Shown here one piece after another: positions 10,541-20,361 of a DNA stretch of 64,000 nt. The stretch is from NCBI GenBank assembly GCA_963737655.1, contig CAVTTN010000002.1, positions 1,312,001 to 1,376,000 of the forward strand. The letters are read 5' to 3'. The notes beneath the pieces are model-generated. The model ran no database searches. It was not told the origin of the DNA and was given only the letters and a program-made list of their open reading frames with translations. This DNA is from an uncultured Planctomycetota bacterium. Lineage in GTDB: Bacteria > Planctomycetota > Planctomycetia > Isosphaerales > Isosphaeraceae. Position 1 is the stretch's first letter. Each line of letters starts with the position of its first letter. The position numbers and the translations under genes are program-made.

Positions 10541-13500
10541 ATGCCCCGCTTCGAACGATCGCCGAAGATCCGAGGGATGAGGACGCCGACGGCGCGCCGC
10601 AACCGGCCGAGCCTGGCTTGCGAGGGCCTCGAGGACCGTCGCCTGATGTCCGTCGGCGGCATCTCCAACGTCAAGCTGAACGAGGTGGTCCTGAACGCCC
10701 CATCCGGCACCGGCAGCCCGAATAACCGTTACGTCGAGATCATCGGCACCGGGAACGAGTCGCTGGACGACGGCACGAACCGCCTCGAGCTAGTCGTCTT
10801 CCAGGGCTACAACGGCGCCAGCGCCCCGACGGGCAAGGCGGCCTACGTCTACGACCTGAAGGGCTCGAAGCTCGGCTCCAACGGACTCCTGGTCGTCGAT
10901 AACCCGACCAACACGCTGGTCTCGAACTTCAGCCCGAAGGTCGACGCGGCCACGACGTTCATCGACGACACCAATTTCAGCACCGCCAACGGCGTCAACT
11001 ACACCTCCAGCACGCCGACGGTCGCCCTGGTCTCCGTGCCCGACAGCACGTCGCTGACCGTCGGCAGCTCCTACGCCGGCGAGAGTTCGCTGACGCTCAA
11101 CTTGCTCCCGGCCGGCGCGACCATCCTCGACTCGCTGTCGTTCGTCTACAACAGCACGCCGGACGTGGCGATCTCCGCGACCGACCCGCGGCCGACGGAC
11201 ATCAATTACGGCCCGTACCTGAACCTCAACGGCGGGACGCCGTCGGCCGCCACGCCGTCGATGGCCACCCGGTTCCTGGGCAACCTCAGCTCGACGAGCC
11301 GGACCGACGACTCGACCGACCCGACGTTCCCGTTCTACTACGGCAAGTACGTCAACAACACGACCGACCCGTTCGTCGCCTATGACTCGACGGTCCCGGC
11401 CAACGGGATCGGCCAGAACTCGAAGAACCTGCCCTCGACCGGCGGCGTGCTGACCCCGGGCGGGATCAACGGCCCGGTCTTCACCTACAGCCCGACGAGC
11501 TACACCACCCAGGAAGTCGCCGGCTCGACGGCCGTCCAGCAGATCACGGTGACCGAGACCAACACCTCCAGCGCCAACTCGGTCCAGTACTCGACGATCG
11601 ACAGCGGACCGAACGCCGGGACGGCCCAGGCCGGGACGAACTACACGCACATCGCCCCGACGACCCTGTCGTTCAGCGGGGGGATCGGCTCCCATGCCCC
11701 GGTCAGCAAGACCTTCCCGCTGACGATCCTGGATGACGGCGTCGTCGCCTCGGGCCTGACGGTCAAGCTGAACCTCTCCAGCCCGTCGGGCGGCGGCTAC
11801 GTGGATTCCACGACCATCCCGGCGACCGACACGATCATCGACGGCGACGGCCCGACCTACTTCCTCTCGTCCACGGTCTACACCGGCCTCTCGACCGCCG
11901 GGACCATCCCGGTGACGATCACCCGCACGGGCCTGACCAGCGTCAGCGGGACCGTCCACATCGCCACCACCAACGGCACGGGCACCGGCGGCGCCAAGGC
12001 CGGGACCGACTACACGGCCGTGAGCACCGACGTGAGCTTCCCCGCCGGGGCGACCAGCGAGACGGTCAACGTCCCCGTGGCCGCCACCTCGGTCAACGCC
12101 CCGTCGAAGACCTTCACCGTCACCCTGAGCAACCCGACCGGCAACGACGGCCTGAACCCCAGCGCCTCGCTGAACGCGCCGATCACGGCCTCGGTGACGA
12201 TCCTCAACACCACGGCCCCGCAGCTGCTCCTCCAGCAGGTCGACGCCAACCCGCCGTCGGTCGATGACGCCTACGAGTACATCCAGATCTCCGGCCCGGC
12301 CAACGCCACGCTCTACCATACCGGCGTCTTGGTCACGGACACCTCGGGCACCGTCTCCCAGTTCTTCGACCTCAGCGCCAAGACCCTCGGGTCCAACGGG
12401 CTGCTGATCATCAAGTCGGCCGACACGACCTCGTGGCAGCCGGCCGCGGGGACGACCGTCCTGACCACCACGTTCTTCAACTCCACCGGCACCCAGCTCT
12501 CGCACGGGTCGCTGACGTTCCTGACGATCTCCGACCCGCAGCCGGGCGTGGTCGCCAACGGCTCCAAGCTCGACTCCGGCAACTCCGGCACCCTGAACCT
12601 GGGCGCGGGCGGGACGGTCCTCGACAGCTTCGGCTGGACCAGCTCGTCCAGCGACCGGATCTACAGCTCGGTCAACCTGAGCCTCCCGGGCTCGAGCTTC
12701 GCCCCGAACGCCGCCGAGAGGCTCGCCGGCAACACCACGCCGAACTCGGCGGCCGCCTGGATCTCCGGCAACCTCGACGACCTCGACGGCCACAGCTCGA
12801 TCGCCTTCGACCCGTACTACGGCTCCGGCAGCACCCCGCAGTCGATCCAGGGAGGCGTCAACAACCCGTCGCCGATCCCCCTGGGCGCCGTCCTCTCGCC
12901 GGGCTACCCCACGCCGAGCTCGACCGTCGCCTTCGGCGGCAACAAGACCGCCCCGGCCGAGACCTCGCTCCTGGCCGTCCAGTCGATCACCCCGACCCGC
13001 GACGGCTTCATCCTCCAGTTCAACGGCGACTTCGACCCCACCAACGTCGCCCTCTACAACACCGGCACCCCGAGCGTGACCCTGACCGGCGCCAGCACCG
13101 GCCCGATCACCGGCAACCTCGTCATCACCAACCCCAACCCGGCCTACAACAACGTCTCGGGCGGCCAGGTCACCACCGTCAACAACAAGGACGTGGTGAT
13201 CTTCGTCGCCACCGCCGCCGACCTGCCCTACGGCGTCCTCCCGGCCGACACCTACACCGTGACCGTCGACGGCTCCGACGCCGGCGCCTTCCTCAAGTAC
13301 GGCTCGCCCAACGGCGGATCGAAGCTCGACGGCGACCGCAACGGCTCGGCCGGCGGCAACTACGTGACCACCTTCAGCGTCCCCACCACGGTCCAGGCCT
13401 ACCCGCCCCAGATCGCCAACCCGGCCGCCACCGGCGCCGGGGCGATCGTCGGCATCCCCGACTTCGTCGCCGGCAACGGCCAGGACATCAACGTCCCGGG

Positions 13501-14854
13501 CTACACCGGCATCCCCGTGATCCTCACCAACCCGAGCTCCACGACCCTCACCAACCTCTCCAAGGTCAGCGTCGACATCGACTACGACGGCGCCCTGCTC
13601 GACGTCACCGCCGGCTCCGCCGGCAACGCAGGCGGGGCCTTCGTCTTCAGCCCCCAGGGCTCGGCCGCCCTCGCCGGCAAGTCCTACGTCTCCTTCACCA
13701 TCACCTTCCAGCCCGGCGGATACCTGAACGTCCCGGCCGGGGGCTCGGTCGTCCTGGCCTACCTGACGGCCAACGTCCCCAGCACGGCCGTCTACGGCAC
13801 CAAGGAGTGGATCCAGCCCAACCGGATCGTGGTCAGCCAGGCCAACTCCCCCACCGGCACCACGATCACCGCGATCCCGGCCATCGATAGCGACTCGCTC
13901 CACCTGGCCGCCTACCCCGGCGACATCAACGGCGACGGCCAGGTCGACGTCTTCGACGTCCTCGCCGAGAACGACCTCGCCAACGGCGACGGAGCCACCG
14001 CCTACAACAACGCCGACCCCAACCTCGTCGCCGACGTCACCGGTGACTCAGCCGTCGACATCTTCGACGTCCTGGCCATCAACGACTTCGCCAACGGCAA
14101 CCCCTCCGACACCATCCCCCCCATCAACGACTCCCCCAACTTCAACGCCAGCGGAACCCCCCAGGACCCCATCCTCTGGGTCCCCGCCAACCTCGCCGCC
14201 GCGCCCGGCGGCTCGCTGAGCGTCCCCGTCGACTTCGCCCAGACCGACAGGGCCGCCTTCAGCCTGTCGAGCTTCTCGCTGGTCGTCGGCTACGACCCGG
14301 CCGCCTTCGCCGTCAACTCCGTGACCGCCGGCTCGCTCGACCGCGGCTTCGCCCTGAGCTACCGCGTCGACGCCGCCGACGGACTGATCTTCATCTCGGG
14401 CGCCTCGCTCTCGGGCCAGACGCTCACCCCCGGCACCCTCGGCAGCCTCGCCGAAATCAACCTGACCGCCCGGCCGGGCGCCCCGGCCGGAGGCTCGGCG
14501 ATCAACCTGATGGCCTCGGCCTGGGCCGGCAACCAGACGCTCGTCACCTCGCTCAACGGCGGCGGCCTGCTGCTGGACCCGGCGCCGACCAACGGCGTGG
14601 ACGCCGTCGACGGCGTGGTGACCATCGGCTCGGCCTCCCCGTCGTCGCCGTCGTCGTCGCCGCTGCAGGCGACTCTGGCGGCGATCGACTCGGCGCTGGC
14701 GGCCTCCGGCGGGTCGATCGCCGGGGGCTCGGCCCTGGCCGACTCGCTCCTGGCCCAGATCGCGGCCGACCTGTCGCAGGTCGCCGCGCCCTTCGAGGTC
14801 GGCTCGTCTCTGATCGCCGCGACCCCCGGCACGACCAGGAAGGCGAAGGCCTGA
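10541..14854 (+). CDS. Large secreted surface protein: planctomycete extracellular N-terminus, lamin-tail-like and Calx-beta domains, Ig-like domain, then cohesin-dockerin-cohesin
   Basis: EGLEDRRLMS motif; Calx-beta signatures (TAQAGTNYT; AKAGTDYTAVSTDVSFPAGATSETVNVPV); duplicated Ca-binding loops GDINGDGQVDVFD and ADVTGDSAVDIFD; cohesin-like GGSLSVPVDF...SFSLVVGYDPAAFAVNSV...GSLAEINLT. Confidence 0.8.
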   Translation: MPRFERSPKIRGMRTPTARRNRPSLACEGLEDRRLMSVGGISNVKLNEVVLNAPSGTGSPNNRYVEIIGTGNESLDDGTNRLELVVFQGYNGASAPTGKAAYVYDLKGSKLGSNGLLVVDNPTNTLVSNFSPKVDAATTFIDDTNFSTANGVNYTSSTPTVALVSVPDSTSLTVGSSYAGESSLTLNLLPAGATILDSLSFVYNSTPDVAISATDPRPTDINYGPYLNLNGGTPSAATPSMATRFLGNLSSTSRTDDSTDPTFPFYYGKYVNNTTDPFVAYDSTVPANGIGQNSKNLPSTGGVLTPGGINGPVFTYSPTSYTTQEVAGSTAVQQITVTETNTSSANSVQYSTIDSGPNAGTAQAGTNYTHIAPTTLSFSGGIGSHAPVSKTFPLTILDDGVVASGLTVKLNLSSPSGGGYVDSTTIPATDTIIDGDGPTYFLSSTVYTGLSTAGTIPVTITRTGLTSVSGTVHIATTNGTGTGGAKAGTDYTAVSTDVSFPAGATSETVNVPVAATSVNAPSKTFTVTLSNPTGNDGLNPSASLNAPITASVTILNTTAPQLLLQQVDANPPSVDDAYEYIQISGPANATLYHTGVLVTDTSGTVSQFFDLSAKTLGSNGLLIIKSADTTSWQPAAGTTVLTTTFFNSTGTQLSHGSLTFLTISDPQPGVVANGSKLDSGNSGTLNLGAGGTVLDSFGWTSSSSDRIYSSVNLSLPGSSFAPNAAERLAGNTTPNSAAAWISGNLDDLDGHSSIAFDPYYGSGSTPQSIQGGVNNPSPIPLGAVLSPGYPTPSSTVAFGGNKTAPAETSLLAVQSITPTRDGFILQFNGDFDPTNVALYNTGTPSVTLTGASTGPITGNLVITNPNPAYNNVSGGQVTTVNNKDVVIFVATAADLPYGVLPADTYTVTVDGSDAGAFLKYGSPNGGSKLDGDRNGSAGGNYVTTFSVPTTVQAYPPQIANPAATGAGAIVGIPDFVAGNGQDINVPGYTGIPVILTNPSSTTLTNLSKVSVDIDYDGALLDVTAGSAGNAGGAFVFSPQGSAALAGKSYVSFTITFQPGGYLNVPAGGSVVLAYLTANVPSTAVYGTKEWIQPNRIVVSQANSPTGTTITAIPAIDSDSLHLAAYPGDINGDGQVDVFDVLAENDLANGDGATAYNNADPNLVADVTGDSAVDIFDVLAINDFANGNPSDTIPPINDSPNFNASGTPQDPILWVPANLAAAPGGSLSVPVDFAQTDRAAFSLSSFSLVVGYDPAAFAVNSVTAGSLDRGFALSYRVDAADGLIFISGASLSGQTLTPGTLGSLAEINLTARPGAPAGGSAINLMASAWAGNQTLVTSLNGGGLLLDPAPTNGVDAVDGVVTIGSASPSSPSSSPLQATLAAIDSALAASGGSIAGGSALADSLLAQIAADLSQVAAPFEVGSSLIAATPGTTRKAKA

Positions 14855-14875
14855 TCCCCCGAAACGTCGCGATTC

Positions 14876-14899
14876 CCGGGGCCGTCGGGACGGCCCCGG
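14876..14899 (+). terminator. GC-rich hairpin downstream of the first surface-protein gene
   Basis: CCGGGGCCGTC-gg-GACGGCCCCGG followed by AT-rich sequence. Confidence 0.45.
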
Positions 14900-14980
14900 C
14901 ATATTCATAAGAACTTCGAATATAATAGTGCGCATTTGCGCACGCATAATTCATCGTATCCTGTTCTTGCCTTGATTGGA
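14900..14980 (+). promoter_or_regulatory. AT-rich putative promoter with operator-like palindrome upstream of the PEP-CTERM gene
   Basis: TATAAT at 14921-14926 immediately followed by GTGCGCA-tt-TGCGCAC at 14928-14943. Confidence 0.45.
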
Positions 14981-15092
14981 CGATGCGATGACGCGTATGA
15001 TCGTCGCGAATCCGGCCGGTCGGCTGTCGTCGCCCGGGAATTCCGGCGGATTGGTTTCCTGCCCCCGTGACCCATTGAGGAGCTTTCTCTCG

Positions 15093-15797
15093 ATGAAGAT
15101 GCTCTCCCGAATCGTCGCTGCCGTCGTCGCCGCGCTGGCCCTGGCCTCGGGCGCACAAGCCGACTACCTTGAGCTGTTGCCCCCGACTTCGACGGTCGCC
15201 GCCGGCGGCACGGAAACCTTGACCCTCGACCTGGTCGTCACCTCGCCGACGATCAAGCTCGCCGGGTACCAGGCCATCATCGCCTTCGACAAGAACGTGG
15301 TCACGATGTCCAACGTGATCCTCGGGTCGGACCTCACGGCCGCCAACGCCGCCGGCCAGTCGTTCACGGCGCCGAACCCGTCCTCGAACTACCTGAACAA
15401 CGGCGTCCTCTACATCCTCTCCACCAACCTGAACACCGCCGGGTTCACGATGACCAACGGCGGCGGGAGCCACGTCTACGAGCTGGCCAAGTTCACGGTG
15501 ACCGTGGGCTCGACGTTCCCGACCGGTTCCTCGACGCTGCTGGACCTTGCCGCCACGGCGAAGGTGGGCGCCACGAACCTGACCACGAAGGTGGCCGTCC
15601 GGCCCGCGGGCGGCGGCACGGCGACGACCCTGTCGCTCAGCCCGGCCCCGCTCAACGGGATGGACGCCCGGGACGCGATCATCAACGCCCCGAACTCCGT
15701 GCCCGAGCCGGCCTCGATGGCGCTGCTGGCCATCGGAGGCGCCGGCGCCCTGATCGCCCGCCGTCGCCGCAACAAGAAGGCCGAGGCCGTCGCCTGA
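15093..15797 (+). CDS. Cohesin-domain PEP-CTERM protein (putative surface anchor)
   Basis: RBS GAGGAG; signal peptide ending AQA; cohesin-like VAAGGTETLTLDL...LAGYQAIIAFDKNVVTMSNVILGS...ELAKFTVTV; C-terminal VPEPASMALLAIGGAGALIARRRR. Confidence 0.85.
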   Translation: MKMLSRIVAAVVAALALASGAQADYLELLPPTSTVAAGGTETLTLDLVVTSPTIKLAGYQAIIAFDKNVVTMSNVILGSDLTAANAAGQSFTAPNPSSNYLNNGVLYILSTNLNTAGFTMTNGGGSHVYELAKFTVTVGSTFPTGSSTLLDLAATAKVGATNLTTKVAVRPAGGGTATTLSLSPAPLNGMDARDAIINAPNSVPEPASMALLAIGGAGALIARRRRNKKAEAVA

Positions 15798-16070
15798 GGA
15801 TCGGCCCGCGATGAGGATTCCACCCGGGGGGCGCGCGGGCCGAAGCCGACCGCGCGCCCCTCGCTGAGTTTGGTCCGTCGGCGCGCCCGAGTCCGAGGGA
15901 TGAGGCCGCGCCTTCCCCCCGCCCGCCTGGCCCCGCGTCTCGAATTCGTCGCCTCGCGATGCCCGGCCGGGCCCGCCTCGGCCCGAGGGACCGGGCCATC
16001 ACGTCGCCCCGATCTCGGGGCGACTCCAGGGATGGTGCCCCCCTTCCGAATCCTCACCAGGGAGCCTGCG

Positions 16071-19000
16071 ATGACGTTCTCCGCCCCGATCCGCCGGGCC
16101 CGATCGGCCCGGCCCCGCCGCCTCCTCGCCGCCGAGGCCCTGGAGGCCCGCCAGCTCCTCTCCGTCGCCGACTTCCGGATCAACGAGATCGCCCTGAACA
16201 CGCCCACGAGCAAGGGCAAGTACGTCGAGATCTCCGGCGGGGCCAGCGAATCGCTCAGCAACGCCACGTACAAGTACGAGCTCGCCGTCTTCGCCGGGGC
16301 GGCCTCGAGCAACGCCTCCAACGGCACGGCGACCATCGGCCAGGCGACCTACGTCCTGGACCTCAGCACCACCAGCAACGGCGGGACCGGCAAGCTCGGC
16401 TCCAACGGCCTCCTGCTGGTCACCCAGAGCGGCCCGCCCAGCACGTTCCCGATCGATGCGAGCACGCCGAACATCAAGGACCCGCTCTTCACCACCGGCA
16501 GCGGCGGGATCACCACCGCCAACTCGCCCACGTTCGAGCTACTCCAGGTCCCGCTCAACGGCGGGTTGACGGTCAACCAGAACTACGCCAGCGGGACCAG
16601 CCTGAGCCTGCCGGCCGGGACGACCGTCCTGGACACCCTCTCGTTCATCAACGGGACGCCCGACGGCAAGACCCAGGTGAACTTCGGCGCCTGGCTGAAC
16701 CTGGACAACCAGGCCGCCAACCTGGGCCTGACCTCGCTCCAGGCCCAGCTCGCCTCGCGGACCCCGGGCAACTCGGCGTTGACCCACCAGAGCGACGACT
16801 CGACCGACTCGCAGTTCCCGTTCTACTACGGCGACGCCCCCTCCGGGGCCTCGACCTCCGACGTGTACGTCCCCTATGACCCGACGAAGTCGCAGAACCT
16901 GCCGACCACCGGCGGTGCCCTGACCCCGGGCGGGGTCAACGGCGCCATCTTCGTCTACTCGCCGGCCTCGTACACGACCCAGGAAGTCTTCGGCCAGACC
17001 GTCCAGCAGCCGATCACCGTGACCGAGACGAACACCTCGACGGCCTACACGGTCAACTACAACACGATCGACTCGGGCAAGGGCGCCGGGACGGCCGTCG
17101 CCGGGACGAACTACACGAGCATCCCCAGCACCGGGCTGACCTTCCCCGCCGGCTCCCACGGCGCGACCAGCGGCACCCCGGCCACGAAGACGTTCAACCT
17201 GGCGGTCCTCGACGACGGCAAGGTGGACCCCTCGCTGACGGTCAAGCTCGCGCTGACGGCCCCGGCCTCCTCCTTCATCGACACGACCGGCACGACGGCC
17301 ACCGTCACGATCCTCGACGGCGACGCCCCGAGCTTCACCTTCGCCCAGGCCGACTTCGACGCCACCGGCACCGGCGGCTCGGACGTGATCACGATCAAGA
17401 GGGGCGGGATCACCACCACCGCCGCCTCGGTGACCGTCTCCACCAGCGACGGGACGACCTACGACACCAAGCGCACCAGCAACGCCCTGGCCGGCCGCGA
17501 CTACACGGCGACCAGCACCGTCGTGAATTTCGCCGCCGGGCAGACCACCGCCACCGTCCCGGTCACCGTCTTCAACAACCCGGTCAATGACCGCAACCGC
17601 CGGTTCAACCTCGCGCTGAGCAACCCGACCAACGGCGCGGTCCTGGGCACCCTGAACACGGCCACCGGGACGGTCCTGAACACGGTCGTCCCCCCGGTGA
17701 TCGTGGTGGACGCCTTCGACGACAACCCGCCCTCGACCGACAACTATTATCAGTACATCCAGGTCGCCGGGACGCCCAATGCCACGCTCTACCACGTCTC
17801 GGTGGCGATCATCGACGGCCGCAACACGGCCGCGAACGCCCCCGGCAACGTCCTCTATTACAAGGACCTCAGCGGCTACACCCTCGGCTCCAACGGCCTC
17901 CTGATCCTCAAGTCGATCCTGCCCTCGTGGCAGACGGCCCCGGCGACCACGGTGGTGACCGACTCGATTTTCGACACGGCCGGCCTCCCGCACTCGTCGT
18001 CGTCCTACGTGGTGATCTCCGACCCCCAGCCCGGCGCGGTCTCCAACGGGGCGAGCCTCGACCCGACGATGTCCGGGACGCTGAACCTCGGCCTCGGCGG
18101 CCAGTTCCTCGACGGCGCCGGCTACACCAACGGCACGCCCAGCTACTTCGTCTACGGGACCGACATCTCCGTCGCCGGCCAGGCGGCCGTCGGCGGCTCG
18201 CCGAACTCGGCCACCCGGATCAACGGCGACGAGACCCCGTTCTCGGCCACGAACTGGGTCTCGGGCACGCTCGATAACCTCGACAACCACGCCTCGATCG
18301 CCTTCAACCCCGACCCGAGCGTCTCGGCCCTGGGCGGGATCTCGGGCAACCACCCGATCCCCTCCGGAGTGGTCCTGACCCCCGGCTACCCGACCGTCTC
18401 GGCCACGACCTCCTACAGCGGCAACGTGATCCACCCCCGGGAGTCGCTGCTGACCGTCCAGTCGATCACGCCGATCCCCACCGGCTTCATCGCCCAGTTC
18501 AACGGCGACTTCGACCCCACCAACGTCGCCCTCTACAACACCGCCACCCCGAGCGTGACCCTGACCGACTCCCTCGGCGACGTCTACGCCGGGTCTCTGG
18601 TCATCACCAACGCCAACCCGAGCCAGTCGGCGGCCAGCGGGACCACGATCCTGGCGAAGGACTACGTGACCTTCAAGGTCACCTCGGCCGACCTGCCCGA
18701 CGGCATCCTGCCGGCCGGCACCTACACCCTGACCATCGACGGCAGCGACGCCAACGCCTTCCTGAGCACCACCGGGCAGGAGCTCGACGGCGACTTCAAC
18801 GGCACCCCCGGCGGCGACTTCGTCACCTCGTTCGTCGAGCCCACCCTCACCCTGTTCAACCCCACGTCCTCGGCGCCCGGCGTGGTCGTGTCCATCCCCG
18901 ACTTCGTCGCCGGCAACGGCCAGAACGTCAACGTCCCGGGCAACACCACCACCGGCATCCCCATCGTCCTGACCAACACCGGGAACTCGCCGATCACCGG

Positions 19001-20278
19001 GATCTCCAACGTCACCTTCTATGTCGATTTCGACGGCGCCCTGCTGAACGTCACCAACGGGACGCTCGCTCCGGGCATCACCGGCACCTTCACCTACGTC
19101 CCGCCCTCCAGCGCCAACGGCGGCTACCTCGACTTGCAGATGACCTTGACCGGCGGCTCGCTGACGATCCCGGCCAACGGCTCGGTGGTCTTCGGCTACC
19201 TCACGGCGGACGTCCCGGGAGGCGCGATCTACGGGACCAAGGAAGTCATCCAGATCAACCGGATCGTCATCGGCACCAGCACGACGACCCTCCCCTCGAC
19301 CGATAGCGACGCCCTCCACCTCGTGGCCTTCCCCGGCGACATCAACGGCGACGGCCAGGTCGATGTCTTCGACGTCCTCGCCGAGAACGACCTCGCCAAC
19401 GGCGACGGAGCCACCGCCTACAACAACGCCGACCCCAACCTCGTCGCCGACGTCACCGCTGACTCCACCGTCGACATCTTCGACGTCCTGGCCATCAACG
19501 ACTTCGCCAACGGCAACCCCTCCGACACCATCCCCCCCATCAACGACTCCCCCAACTTCAACGCCAGCGGAACCCCCCAGGACCCCATCCTCTGGGTCCC
19601 CGCCAACCTCAACGTCCACCCCGGCGGCTCGCTGGGCGTCCCCGTCGACTTCGCCCAGACCGACAGGGCCGCCTTCGCCCTCTCCAGCTTCTCGCTGGTC
19701 GTCGGCTACGACCCGGCCGCCTTCGCCGTCAACTCCGTGACCGCCGGCTCGCTCGACCGCGGCTTCGCCCTGAGCTACCGCGTCGACGCCGCCGACGGAC
19801 TGATCTTCATCTCGGGCGCCTCGCTCCCCGGAGTCGCCCTGACCCCCGGGACCCTCGGCAGCCTCGCCGAAATCAACCTGACCGCCCGGCCGGGCGCCGC
19901 CCCGGGAGGCTCGGCGATCAACCTGATGGCCTCGGCCTGGGCCGGCAACCAGACGCTCGTCACCTCGCTCAACGGCGGCAACCTGCTGCTGAACCCGGCG
20001 CCGACCAACGGCGTCGACCCGGTCGACGGCGTGGTCACGATCGGCTCGGCCGCATCGACGACGGCGTCGTCGCCGCTTCAGGCCGCGCTGGCGGCGATCG
20101 ACTCGGCGCTGGCGACCTCCGGCGGGTCGATCGCCGGGGCTCGGCCCTGGCCGACTCGCTCCTGGCCGAGGTGTCGGCCGACGTCGCCCTGCTGGCCCCT
20201 CCGATCGGCTCGGGAGACGTGACGATCCCGTCGCCGGCCGCCTCGTCGAAGCCCCGGGCCAGGGTCGTTTCGGCCTGA
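16071..20278 (+). CDS. Paralogous large secreted surface protein (Calx-beta, Ig-like, cohesin-dockerin-cohesin); -1 frameshift at 20136-20139 near the C-terminus
   Basis: EALEARQLLS motif; colinear with the 10541..14854 protein. GGGG here versus GGGGG in the paralog; restoring one G gives ...SIAGGSALADSLLAEV...RVVSA* ending at 20278. Confidence 0.8.
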
Positions 20279-20310
20279 TCCCTGGCCTGGCGAATCCGTG
20301 AAACCTCGGC

Positions 20311-20344
20311 GTGGGAAACGGCGTTCCAGGACGCCGTTTCCCAC
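20311..20344. terminator. Hairpin between convergent genes (possible bidirectional terminator)
   Basis: GTGGGAAACGGCGT-tccagg-ACGCCGTTTCCCAC, a perfect 14-bp stem. Confidence 0.6.
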
Positions 20345-20361
20345 CCCATTTCCCCCGGCTC

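Noticed and set aside
13915..20165. Duplicated segment as a diversity-generating retroelement TR/VR pair
   Set aside because: Both copies are in-frame parts of paralogous genes, the mismatches are not adenine-specific and no reverse transcriptase is in the window.
10541..20278. True cellulosome scaffoldin or enzyme cluster
   Set aside because: No glycoside hydrolase or CBM3 is recognisable, there is no long cohesin array, and each large protein carries both partner modules.
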